A DNA stretch of 64,000 bases, from NCBI GenBank assembly GCA_020891255.1, contig BQFW01000001.1:806001-870000 (forward strand), in the 5' to 3' direction. Shown here piece after piece: positions 51,145 to 63,289 of this stretch. The notes beneath the pieces are model-generated. The model ran no database searches and was not told where the DNA came from. It was given only the letters and a program-made list of their open reading frames with translations. The position numbers and the translations under genes are program-made. Each line of letters starts with the position of its first letter. Position 1 is the stretch's first letter. Source of the DNA: Entomortierella parvispora E1425. Taxonomy: Eukaryota > Fungi > Mortierellomycota.

Positions 51145-51150
<6 letters not shown>
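51018..51150 (+). repeat. Diverged direct repeat, copy B (partner 45855-45967)
   Basis: See copy A; followed by a long A tract. Confidence 0.75.
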
Positions 51151-51192
<42 letters not shown>

Positions 51193-51547
51193 AAGACAGA
51201 ATCTGTTGTTGCAATCCGCTCAACTCTCGGCCTGCAAAGCAAACAACCTCGACTTGCTCCTGCCCCAAAGTGTGAATAATGTGTGGGGTGTGGACAAGCT
51301 GGTGAAAGACTTGGAAATGAAACATTGGAGTAACTTGGAGAGTGCAGTCAAGTCCCGCATGAGATTCGGACCAATAGAGGGAACAACTCGATTGCCAATT
51401 CGGAAATTACGCGGACAAGATCCCACAAGTCATGAAGAAGTTATAAGTAGCGCGGTTGTCAATCCCGATAACCGCTACAGAAGTCAACCCAAACATAAAT
51501 CCCAAATGTACTCGGGCTTTTCAAAAAAGAAAAAAAAATGAAAAAAT

Positions 51548-52171
51548 GAATGCTCAAGGGAGGGGTGAAAATAAACATTCACTAGGCGTGAAAATTTCTT
51601 CAGAGCGCAGCTTCACGGCCAACTGCTCCCGTCAAAACAGCCGAGGGGACTGTTCTTAGCGCACTTTTCCTCGTGAAAGAAACAATCCGAGATATTGTCA
51701 GGCCCTCTACGAAACCCTCACTTGCCCCGTCAGCATTCTATTTTTTTTTTTTTTTTTTTTTTGAGTATCTTGCTTGTCACCAAGTGGATACTATTCATGT
51801 CACGCTGACTGCAGTACTGTCACTGACGGGCTTGTCTCTTAATGTCCACCATCCTCCTCGTAGGCATCCTCTCATCCCTGTAACCAGTTCACCAACTTCA
51901 CCCCGGTTTCTCTGCCGCCTTCATCTTTTTGATGCTCATATCAGACTTAGCTGACTGTTGTGTAGAGTTTACACCTACATAGGTAAGTGGTGATATTGGC
52001 GGTTTCGGTTCGGGACAGGCGCAGATGGTCTGACAATACCTTGGATTGTTTCTTTCACGGGGGAAGTGCACTGAGAACAGTCTCTGCTGCTCATTTGACA
52101 GGAGCGAGTGGGCGTGAGGCTGCGCTCAGAAGAAATCGTCTCGCCCTATTTTCACGCCCCATTGAGCATTC
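51548..52171. mobile_element. Fold-back / MITE-like element with ~150-bp diverged inverted arms (51548-51708 / 52023-52171)
   Basis: For example gactgttcttagcgcacttttcctcgtgaaagaaacaatccgagatattgtcagg versus the reverse complement gactgttctcagtgcacttcccccgtgaaagaaacaatccaaggtattgtcaga, roughly 80% identical by eye. No TSD seen. Confidence 0.7.
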
Positions 52172-53022
52172 TTTAGTCCAAAAAAAAATGCGACTACACT
52201 CTTTCATAGTGAGTGCACCGTCAAGAACAAGGGCAAGGGTTGAGGGAAAAGGGGTTAGATGATAATGTAGTTGACACAAGGAAGGCCAAATTGTTTGCTG
52301 TCCACACTCGTTGCAATACACCTTGCCAGCCAAGGTGAATAAAGGTTGGTTGTTTGTCAAGGACTAAGCGGATTGGAGGCTGCCCCCCCCCCCCTTTCCC
52401 ACCTTCTTTTTGTCGCAGTGACTGTAGTGAAAAAGAAATATTGCTTGAAAGGACAATTATATTATGACTCAATAAGGATTGGTGCTGATATCAGCCAAAG
52501 AAGAGATGGAATGGTCGGTCTGTCTCACGAACCTAGGTTGTCATCCGGCACGTGCCTTCCCCAAGGCATCTCTGCCTGGGGCCCACCTTTGGACCAGCAC
52601 CTCAATTCCCGACCAATATCTCTGCGCCAATCCCTGTTCATCCACGGCCTAGTTGACCATGGCTGCACCTATGATCTCCCTCGTCACCTCAATGCCTCTG
52701 GCCATTCTGACCCCCGGATATTATCCTGCCCCTCTCCCTTCGAGCTTCACTCATAGGTTCCATCCTTGGTTTTCTTGACCATGAACGACCTTCGTCTTCT
52801 ATCTGCTACCATCTCCTTCTTTTCTGACTCATTCATAACCGATGCGGGGCCCACCTACCTGCTAGTATAAACCCATAGACGCTACTCCATAGTTCCCCAG
52901 TCTGCCACTCGCAATATACATTAAATCCTGCCCTTTATTCCTTTCCACATCCATCACCCATTCTCTGCCTGTCTGACCGTGACAGTCTGTGCCTTGGATG
53001 ATGAATTTGTCAATTTATTATT

Positions 53023-53235
53023 TTATGAGGGAGGGTTGATGCCACCGTGGGCGGCGCGAGAGTGCTTGGCGGCCAGGGTGTGGAGTATCTCCGATTCTTC
53101 TTCCAACCTCTCCAGCTCTTGTTGGGCTGATGGGGGCCGGTCTCTTGGGTCGTAGTACTTAGTCATGCTATTCCTGATCTCAGCATCTACGATGTGGATT
53201 CGCTTCGCTCTACCGTGCACCTCAAGCCCAGCCAA
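53023..53235 (-). CDS. Small ORF or exon paralogous to 45410-45825 (...RPPSAQQELERLE...AHGGINPPS*)
   Basis: Codon-level similarity to the + strand copy and a shared 3' non-coding motif; no ATG start at the 5' end of the frame. Confidence 0.4.
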   Translation of the reverse strand: MAGLEVHGRAKRIHIVDAEIRNSMTKYYDPRDRPPSAQQELERLEEESEILHTLAAKHSRAAHGGINPPS

Positions 53236-53862
53236 CCTCTCTGGAGCGCATGAGGGAGGTTGGCTACCGTTTGAGGAACCTCCACTTTCTCAACATACAT
53301 AGAAAGATCAAAAGTTGCAATAAAAAAAAACAAAAAAAGAATATCTCCAGTTACCATGGACCAAAAAAAAAAAAAAGAGGCATCAGGCAGCTCTCCGCTG
53401 CTAAAAGGTCTTCAGTCTCCCTCAGAGTTCCTCTGCGACTACTGCCGATGCAATATGATCGATAAATGGACAGAAAGCTTTCTGTATTTTGTTGATTGCT
53501 CGTTTAACCGACAGTGAAGATTTCATTAAACATGCTTTTCGCTGCCTAAACAAGTGGTGAAAGTTGGCGACATGAAGATTGTTTGCCTAACCTGAGAATT
53601 AGGTGGTCAAGTTTAGCTGGCGAGTCTGACCAATTCAGTTGCCCGGTTCGTGGAACTGACGTGATTTGTGGAATCCGTCTCTTTGCCTTTGTACATGCAG
53701 AAGAAAAAATCAAGGGGTGTCGATCAGGGTCAGGAAAAGAACAATGCACCTGAGGTCAAAAGGACTCCAGACGAGTTTGCAAGAAAGAGAAAAGGTGGCC
53801 AGTAACTTTTTTTTTTTACTGGGAAACAAAAATGTAATTGTCTTTTAGTATGAAGCGCCTTT

Positions 53863-54060
53863 TCACTTGGAGGAACTCGAGTTATGAGCAGCAGCTCGTT
53901 GTGCGCGCGACTTGAAGCCAGACTGACCCGTGTAAGAGCTTGGGTTTCGGTCCGAGAAACTTTGGATGCGTGAGGCGGCTGCGGGGGTCATGCCACGACC
54001 GCTGCCAGACCTGCTCGAGGGAGAGCTTTGGTACGATTGTGAAGACTGCGAGGAACCCAT
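53863..54060 (-). CDS. Small hydrophilic protein, 65 aa, with MTPAAASRIQS...RAQRAAA motif
   Basis: ATG ORF preceded by a CT-rich leader. The motif resembles a family of small fungal/invertebrate proteins (from memory, not searched). Confidence 0.7.
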   Translation of the reverse strand: MGSSQSSQSYQSSPSSRSGSGRGMTPAAASRIQSFSDRNPSSYTGQSGFKSRAQRAAAHNSSSSK

Positions 54061-54524
54061 TTGATTTTGATTCTCGTTTCAGAGGAGGGGGAAACGGGTC
54101 CGTTTGTTGTGGCAAGGGTGGTGGTGAATGGTGCAAGACGTTGAGGATTATGTCGTGTGAATGAGGGAAGGAAGGGAAGGACGGGACAAGTGTATGGAAA
54201 GAAAACGAAAGCTGAAAAAAAGAAAACGCGACGGCGGTGCGCGGGTCAATCACGGGATCTGACCAACCAGACAGTGAGCACAGCACAAAAAGAAAGAGAC
54301 AGGAACTCCATTCGTGCATGGACGCTTTTTGTTCTTGCTCTTTGCCTCGACTCGACTTGACCTGCCCCATCACCAGCTTCTGAATCAACATTCGACAGGA
54401 ATCCAGCCTCACCGCATCCACAGGCCCAGCGAACCGGAACACAGGAGCAGGAACCCTTCTCTCTACCTCGCAAGATTGGCACTCAGGAACACGCACGTGC
54501 ATTCACACTCTACCTTCGTAGCCC

Positions 54525-55756
54525 ATGGAGTCTCCCAGGAACAACCCCATCCTCGAGCAGGATGAAGACCATGACCAAGTCGCACCCTTGCAAAGCACCA
54601 ACGCCAGTGGTGAGAGCGAGGATACCTCTTCGTTTTCTGCCCCTCTCGGTCTCATGCCCTCATTTAAACCACGCAAATCCAATCGCATCTCTGTCTTGGC
54701 ATACCCTACCGACGGCTCTCAGCTCAGCGCGACCTCTGCTGGCTCCAACGCCAATACCTCGACGACGTCTCTTCCTGCACCTGCCCCTTTAAGCGGTGGA
54801 CCCCCTAGTCTCTTTGGAGCTGGCGCCGCAACACCACCAGGATCTTCCGCATCGCCGCCACCCTCGGCTATGGGAGGAATGAAGCTTCCCCCACCCCCCA
54901 TGAAAACCGCCGGAACAGGACCCAGTCCACTCCCATATACAAAGGGTGACTTTAGAACGGCCGGCATCGAACATCATTGGAATGATCCTCCCACACAGGC
55001 AAGTTTTTTTTTTCCGTCGTTTGGAGAAAACGAAATCGACCTAAAAAAAAAAAAAAAAAAAAGAGGCCCCAAAGGACTTGGATCCAGCATGTCGGTCGTT
55101 CTTGGTGCTAACGATCGAGCGTCTCCTACTCCGGAATCCCAACAAATTTTCTTTATATCTTTTTTAGATTTTTGCAAAAAAGGTGCAGGCGGGTGAAGGA
55201 GCTGAACATGATTTCGGACCTATGAAGGAGACCTTGGCGAAAATCATTGCGGAGTGCGCTGTCGCCGTTCCTGTAAGCATGAAAAAAGCGCGTGGGGACA
55301 TCAAAAAAAAAAAAAAGTCGAGTGGGGACATCTTTAAAGAGTGGAGATTCTGACTATTTTTTTTTTTTTTTGGACCTTTATTCTAGGCATCTCAAAAGCG
55401 CATGTTTGAAGACACTACAAAGCGATTGCAGGCGCTACAAGAGCAGATGGACAAAGGCACAGTCAAGGAGAGTGTCGTCGTTCCTCTCGGGGAGATGATT
55501 CAAGGTACAGCCTCCTTGATTCTATCATGCATCAGTCCTTACTAGATATTGTGCAAAGTCAACTTTGTCCTGACGTGGACACCTTTTTTATTATTATTAT
55601 TTCCTTCCGCCTATAGCTTTGTCGACTAGATCCTTTGCCCAATGCCAGGCCATCCATGCAAAGATGATGCAGACAGAGTTTGACAGTGAAGGAAAATGGC
55701 TTTTGGGATTCAAACGCCTGACGGATCTGTATGCCACAACGACTCCTTCGAGTTAG
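54525..55756 (+). CDS. SRA1/Sec31 C-terminal-domain protein with Pro-rich N-terminus (multi-exon)
   Basis: HHWNDPPTQ motif; later exons read FEDTTKRLQALQEQMDKG... and AIHAKMMQTEFDSEGKWLLGFKRL, typical of the SRA1/Sec31 helical domain. Confidence 0.75.
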
Positions 55757-55985
55757 CCTCGCCCCTTGCAGCAGATATCAGGACAAGTATATTATTATAA
55801 CAGCAGACCATAGACCAACTAACAGAGAATAAGCAACTCCTAGTATTCCCACACCATTCACTCACTCAACTCTTGAGAAATAACAATATGAGCTGGAGCA
55901 TTTTTTTTTATTTTTTTTATTTTTTATTCTATTGAGCTATGTGTAGTCTATGTTGTTGTTGTTTTTTTTGCCCCGCCATCCATCC

Positions 55986-58900
55986 TCATGCTCCAAAGGT
56001 TTCGCTTTGTTTGCGCCATCGAGGGACTGCGGGAGATGTGGTGGGGGTGGTGGGGGTGGTGACCGGAAGGATAGGACTTTGACTTCCTTCCTTGATCTCC
56101 AGCTGTACAATCTCGAGCTCTTCCTCCTGATTTGGAAGTTGTCGTGGAACCCTAGCTCCTAGCATGGTTTCTTCACCGTCCTCGTCCGAATTATCGACAA
56201 TCAAATGTTCCTCCTCGGCCATCACTAGCATATGGTTCTCAAAAGTCGACCATGTCCATGTAGACCGCACCGATGCATTGATGGTGATGTTGCGTTGGCG
56301 AGCTCGAACCACAGGAGCTGTCACAATGGAGGATGCTGCATCTGAAGTCGACGCAAAATGCCTTGTCGGCGATGGCTGTGAGTGGGGTCGTTGAAGAGTC
56401 GGTAAAGAATTCTCGTCTACAGGACTTTCCACCAACGGCCTGTCGCCCTCGCTTGAAGAAAGGACACTTGAGGATGCCTGCTGCTGTTGTTGTTGCTGCT
56501 GCTGCTTGCGCCATGGTGGCAAGGAAAGAGATCGGGCAGTGGTAGAGGAGCCAGTGGTAGAGGAGCCCCCGGTTGATTCCACAGGCAGAGAGTGTGCATG
56601 TCGTGGGGTCTTTGTTTCTTGAGCCGGCTTTGCCACAGATGGTACTGCTTCACCCGAATCTGACGATTTGCTATCCTCACTCTCGCTCGAAGCAGCTCCA
56701 GCTGAGGCAACCAGTGCTGGATCGGCAACGGAAACAGCTGCTGGGGGGATCTTTGACCGCTGCTCAGCCTCAAATGCAAGCACTAGGTTCTCAAACGCCT
56801 GTCGACCGATTTTTTGCTCCCTGCTCGCGCCTTGTGCTTCCAATGAAGACAAGGTCGATTGGGGTTGCGAGTACTGGGCTGTACTTCGTTGTTGCATTGA
56901 TCCGGATCCTGTCAGGGTTGCCGATCCTCGTTTGAGCCATGACCAATCGTCTCCTGAAGACAAGGCCGACCTTGTCTTTGACCCGCTCGATACTGGGTAC
57001 GTTGGAGGGACTGGTGGTAACTGACTGTTCATGTTGTCATGACCGACTCCCCCTCGACCACTCATGGCACCCATCTCATCCATTCTTTGTGGTCGGAAGA
57101 CAAGACATGCCAATCCATCGATAATGACTCTTCTCCGTCGATCCCGACTAGAGTTGCTCTTCTGGGAATCCTGATCATTTGTACTCGATTGTGGAGGTGG
57201 TTGCTGGCCTCTGCTCGGGTGGTTCAAGGAGGTAGGGGACGGGTTCTTGGGCGGGGTAACCTGAGTGGGCGCCGTTGGTTCCAAGACAGACAGAGCCATG
57301 GCAAGACCGACGCTCGATCTGGTAGAATGTGTCTTTCCTCCTTGATCGCCAGTAGTACCCGCTGCTTCGCCATCCTCGTTCTTGGACCGCATTTGCCCTT
57401 GAGATGATCGAAGTCGTAAGGCCATAGACATCACAGCTGAAGACGATGCAGCGGGCGTGGCCACTACTTCCTGAGCTGTAAAAGTTGATGTAGCTGCCTG
57501 GTCTGAATCCTGCTTTTCCTTTGCCCTCTCCTCTTCCAGCTCCTCTTCCAAGATTGTTCCGTACTCAATGAGACATTCTACCGCCTCCAGGACTGCTCTG
57601 ACCACCCTCTGACTATGAGTCTGTAACAACTCGACCAGATCCCTGTACGACCGACCCTGGGGCCTCTCAAAAAAGTCGTACAGATGCCAAGGGATCCATT
57701 GTTGAGGAGCAAGTGCAAGAGTGTAACCCAAGACCTGAACCAACCCTTGAATCGAAAGCCGGTTCAAGATCGCATCAGTCGCTTGAGTGAGTTGGAGTCG
57801 CGACTGCGATACCTGATTGCCATGGTGTCTAGGGGCAGCCCCTGTCGCTCCTGGAGTCGAGGTTGGCGCCGCTGAAGCAATGGCAGAGGTGGCTTGTGAG
57901 GATGTAAAGGGTCCGTGAAGTGAGGGCAAGGAAGAGTAGTGCGAAAGAGGGTGGACAGAGGTCGAGTTCTTGTTGGTGACATCTGAGCTGAGATTGACAG
58001 ATCCTGTGGACGTGTTAAGTGCGGCGGTCATGGGTTGGCTCGACTCGACACTCTCCATCATCACCCGAATGAGGGCTTGCAGCGTCGATCGAGCCTCGGC
58101 TAGCCTGGCTTCATAACTGGTTGTTGCAAAAGTCGTAAAGTTAGAAGACGCAGTGCCTTGTCCACTCCCGTAGTCCTGTGATGTTGCATTATTATTACTA
58201 TTATTACTGGTTTGGGTGTAGTTGCCATTGTTGTTGTTACTGCTGTTGTTATTGTTGTTGTTGATGCTTATACCGATACTGTTGTTAAAAGTGGACCAAT
58301 TCGATGATTTTTTGCGTGAAGACGAGTTTGGGGGAGACCCTGACTTCGAGGAATGGCTCGAACCCGTCCATGCCTTTGATCCTGCCCCCGATTCCGCTGC
58401 CCCTGTTCCCGCTGGGGATTCCACGGGAGGAGATCCCTGGGAGACTTGAGCGGATAAAAGCCGATCCTTGCGTGCCAATTGGCGCTTTTGGACTGTTGAG
58501 GTCAAAAACAGAGAAGATGGGAGTGAGTGAGCACGCAGAAGGACAAACACAAAAAGAACAGCAAACAACACATGAGAGATCTTTTTTTTTTGGGCTTGTT
58601 TTTTTGTACCTCGACTCTTGATGGCATGACAGCAACAGAGAACCCCCCACTTGAACTGCTCAATCGTCAAGAGTGTCGTCTCGTCCAGGACTACGTCCTC
58701 GGCCCGTTGAGGCACAGATCGATCCCTGAAGGATGAACCCCCGACAGATTCTCCAGCCGGGCTCTTTGGGTGGTTGTCTCCTGTGGGGGACGAAGGTCCT
58801 TGGTAGGGGTTCTGACCAGAAGTCCCTGTTGTGGGAGAGGCCGCAGCGTTGACTCCACTCACAAACTTGGCCAGATTGGAGGTCATCAAGGCCGTTGGCA

Positions 58901-60603
58901 AGAATGACCTCCTCCGTTGATGGGGCTTGGACTCTGTTGTAGGCGAAGAAGGTGTCGACGGGACCTGCTGCTCCGATCTCTGTCCCAGAACCGAGGCGGA
59001 CTCTGTCGATACCGTCAAGCTAGGGTTGGATCGCCTGCCTGCCCCTGTCCCGAGCCTTGTCTTTGCAGACGGTTCTGCCTCGACTGCCCTGTTGGATGCC
59101 ACTCGATCCGCTGCATCCTCATCGCCATCCACAATCGCCGGTAGGGGTTTCTCAGGATCGTAGTACGAGCTACTCATGATTGGGCCTGCGATACTGTTTC
59201 TGTTCCTGCCCCCCGCCGATATAGAAGTGGATGCTACTGCTGTCGATGCTGATGCTAATCCTGTTGTTGCCCCTGTTACATTGCTCAGGGGCGGCTTTGC
59301 CGAGGATGGATCGTCTTTTGGACCACGACGGCCGAGGATGGACAGAGATCCAATATTTAAACTCTGGTGCCGTGGACGGAACATGCCCTTAGAAGAAGAA
59401 GGAGGAGGGGGCGGGGGAAGAGACGATGTGGATGTGTATGTGGGGGTGGTTGGTTGTCTCTTGCTATGGCCATAGCCATGGCCGTTGCCGTTGCCATTGC
59501 CATTGTTGCCGCTACTACTACCACTCGGCCGAGGCACGACCACAAAAGGCAGGGCGGTGGGTTCCTCTGTTGCCAGCATGGCCAGTCGCTGCTCTTCCTT
59601 TTTCTTTTCCTTTCCTTCTGCCTCTGCTCTGACCGTGGCTGTGCTGGCCGTGATCACCTCTTCTGATCTGCTTGCTGCCACTGCCTGCTGTATCTGTGCC
59701 TCGAGCAGAGTGGCCGATCCAGACTTCTTGACCCGCTCGAACGAAGAAGAGAACGAGAACCGCTTTCTTCTAGGAGGAGACGGGGCCGAAGTTGGAGGTA
59801 CGGCAACGATAGTAGGCATGGTGGCTGTTGTGGTTGCCCCAGACGTCAGGGCAGAAGGATGGGATGGAGTGGGGGAGGGTTTCACCGGGGGTGGGAGAGG
59901 GAGGAAGGAGGAAGAAAAGGAAGAAGACCCCACAGCTGGAACAGAGGAAGCAGAAAGGGATGCTTCAGTGGATCGTTGAATATGCAGACGTAGAGGGGGA
60001 GACAAAGAAGACAAGGCAGGAGAAGATGAAGATGATGATGATGCAGACGCAGAAGCAGAAGCAGAAGCAGAGGAAGAAGAGGGAGGAGAAGAAGAGGTGA
60101 ATAGGAGGGTGGAATGTGGTTTTGAAATGATTTCCACGTCTTCGTTGTCGGTGTCCCGATGGTGCGCACGGATGATGGACAAGAGGGCACGACTCTTGGC
60201 AAGGGTCGCTGCTGATCTTGCTGAAGTTGATGTTGCTTCGTCTTTTTCCTTGACCTTCTCCTTTCCCTTTGCCTTTTGGGCGGGACCTTGTTGTGCTTGT
60301 GGGAACCCCTGAACCAACGTCTGCACGGCGGGTAGGGAATGATTTTCGCCTGCTGTTGCTGCTGTTGTTATTATTGTTGCGTGTGTGCGTGAGGTTGGTG
60401 CGGTCGTTGCTTTTGTTGTCGCTGGTCTTGTGTTCTTCTGGGTCGCTGTCCAGGACGCGGGAACTGCAGGAATTGCAGGAACTGCAGATTCTAAATGAGG
60501 AGGGAAGGAGGACGACGTGCGACTGTGCTGACGGGAAGGGCCTTTGAACGGAAAAAAGGACCAAGAACTTCTGCGTCGCTCCTTGTCTGCCGGTATGGCT
60601 GCA

Positions 60604-60634
<31 letters not shown>

Positions 60635-63289
60635 GTGTGCTTGTGACAGTTGGCGTTGCAGTTGGGATCGATGCTGCAGCTGTCCCGCTGGCACTCTTTG
60701 TATGAGAACTCCGGATATGAAAGCTCGGGGGTAATGTAAACCGTTTGGAGGGAACACTTGCTCTGTTCCGTCTCGAATCGGTCGTGAAAGTGGTTACGGT
60801 CTTTGACGAGGTGGGAGTCGAGAACCAAGGGTTGAGATCCAACTCTCTGAGAAAGTGTCGATACAATGAGATCGAGGCAGTTGCAGTTGCGGTTGCAGCT
60901 GCTGCAGTTGTAACGACTTTTGCTGTTCCAATTGGCCCCACTGGTGTGGATGATAATGCGGGTGTTCGTGAGGTTGGTGGTGAGGGTGGTGCAGACGGTA
61001 CGGCCGGTGCAGGTGATTCAAGAGTCACAGTCGGAGGCAAGGACAGAGGAGAAGGTGGGGTGGGACGATGCTGCTGACCTAGACGCTCTTGAAACAAGAA
61101 TCGATTGCCAGTTGTTTCCAGTCGAGACTCTTGGAGGTGTCGCTGGCTGTGGTAAGGAGGTTGAGGTGGGGCAAACTGTTGCAGCCGTTGTTGTTGCTGT
61201 TGAGATGATTGAGATGTCTGGGAGGGTGTAAGCTGCTCGAGCAAAGGTGGAGGTGCTGTGGAAGATGAAGTCGACGACGAAGAGGATGCCGAGGTGTCAA
61301 TGGAGGCTGAAGACGATGAAGTCGAGAGGGACAGCTGCAGTAATAAGGGTGGAGAGAGTGCGGCCACCAGGCGGGCCTCTTGAGGTAGAATGGACTGGAG
61401 AGAAGAGGGGTCAGAGGCGAGACCGGTCGCGGTAGACTGAACAGGGGGCTGGGCCAGATGAGGCAGCGGATGTGCGAAAGTAAAGAGAGTGCCCAGAACA
61501 ACAGGTGTGGACTCGATGTCCAGATCCGAGGACAGATAGGAGCCCGCTGCAGAATAGATAGACAAAGCCTCGTCTTCTTCTTCTGGGAGACGAGATCGTG
61601 GACTGAGCGACGGTGATCGAGACCGAGATGACTCTGATGACCGAGAGGATTGCGAGTGCGTCCTGAGCGGCCCGGGTGTGGGTGAGATGAGGTTATGAAG
61701 ATGATGGGTTCGATGATGGTTCAAGTCGCTCTCGCCTGGGATTGTCTTTAGGCAATACGGACACCAAGAATAAACGGTTGACAACGACAACTGAGGCTGC
61801 CGGCGATAGATGGGCTGATCGCCTTCTTGCTGATCGCTCAAACGACGGGGACGGCGGTTCTGTCTATGGGGTCTGGCAATGGTCACCACAGTGGGCGGAG
61901 TGGACACACTTTCGCTGAGCGAGCGCTTGGGTTTACTCTTGCCCTTGACCGACGGCTGCTGTGCTCGTCTTGACTGCCGACCCCTGCTTCGTGGATGGCG
62001 GCTGCTGCCTCGAGGTTGCTGGCGCGTGTTTCTGGACGAGTCGGAGAGAGTTGCTGTGGCTGTGGTTGTAGTCGTTGTCCTCGCTCGAGGGGTGTTGTTG
62101 GGTTGCGGGAGATACAAAGAAGAGTGTGATCGGTTCTTTCCGCTTGTGCAACACAAGTACGGCCGTCTATTTCCTCTCCTAGGTGTTTTTTCAGTTTTTG
62201 GTGTTGTTGTTTCCGCTGCTGTGGTGGCAGAGGCTAAAACAGGGCAACGCCAGATACCCTTCAAGAACCTAGAGAGGCGGGAAGGAGGCGATGCGACCCT
62301 TGTACGACTAGGACTCGATCGAAGTGAAGGAGGGTGCAGCCTTCTTCGTGGACGAACTTCGTCTACACGCTCGGGAACAGTGACCTCCAGAACTGGATCT
62401 GGATCCGGGGTCTGTCCGACAGGAGGGCTGCGTGGGCGGGTAGAAGGCCTTCGATGCTTCTGTCGAGAGACTGTGAATTGCTCCTGAAGTGTTTCCAGTC
62501 GGTATTGATCCGAGGTGGAGGCGCCGCCCTCTTGTGGTTCGTGAAAATAATAAAAATTGGGATGATGGTGACGGTGGCGATGAGTCTGCTGATACTGCTC
62601 TTGGGCAAGTTCCTGCAGGGACCTCCGTGTCTGGTTGGGATGTCGTGTGCGGTAATGGCGGTCCTCTAGAAGACAAAAGATGGTTTTGAGGATAGGATAG
62701 GGGGGTTGGAGAGGACGGGACGGATGCATGGATGGAAAAAAGAGCAGCAAGAGTGAGCCAACTGACGAAGGAAGAAGGGGTCACGGTCATTGTGGACAAT
62801 TATAAAGTCCATTCTTTTAGTGTCTGTGTTACCTTGGTTGGTAAATCGGTCCGAGGATTCACGCAGAGAAGGAAGAGGAGGAGGAGAGGTGATTGAATCG
62901 AACGATGACGGTTGGGAAGAGGCTAAACTACGTTGCAATTGTGCCCGAGAAAGGGATGAGTTATTCGACGCAGAGGCACTGTTGTCACTAACGGCAACAG
63001 AAGATGGAAGCAAAGATGATGGAGTGGAGAGAGAGATGGACGACGTGGAAGACAGGCCTCGTGGATGGGAGGAGGAGGGAGGAGGGAGAGGGGCTGATGT
63101 TAAAGAGGATGAACGAGGGAGTACTGACGATGACAAAAACAGTGAGGGGGAGTTGGGAGGTAAGGTTGTGGAGAGATCGGTTGACAAAGCATCTAGAGGC
63201 AAAGTGTCAAGGGAGGCAAAGGAAGGCGCAGGAACGGGGGCCGAGCGGGAAGAGGGAGATGAGGGCGAAGAGGGGGAAGTAGCGGCCAT
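55986..63289 (-). CDS. Very large Ser/Thr/Pro-rich protein (~2.3 kaa) with one C2H2 finger and dispersed RhoGAP-like segments
   Basis: Exon 63289-62833 (MAATSPSS...) joins the long ORF in frame via intron 62666-62832; second intron 58493-58609 (117 nt, stop-free). CPYC-x12-H-x3-H lies at ~61702-61762. Confidence 0.7.

Noticed and set aside
51089-51541. 150-aa ORF with a poly-Lys tract (and similar poly-K/poly-F ORFs elsewhere)
   Set aside because: These are translations of A/T homopolymer tracts in introns and intergenic DNA; the remainder has no recognisable domain.
53882-54502. 206-aa minus-strand ORF overlapping the 65-aa gene
   Set aside because: GTG start, spans promoter and UTR-like pyrimidine-rich sequence, and overlaps a better-supported small gene in another frame.
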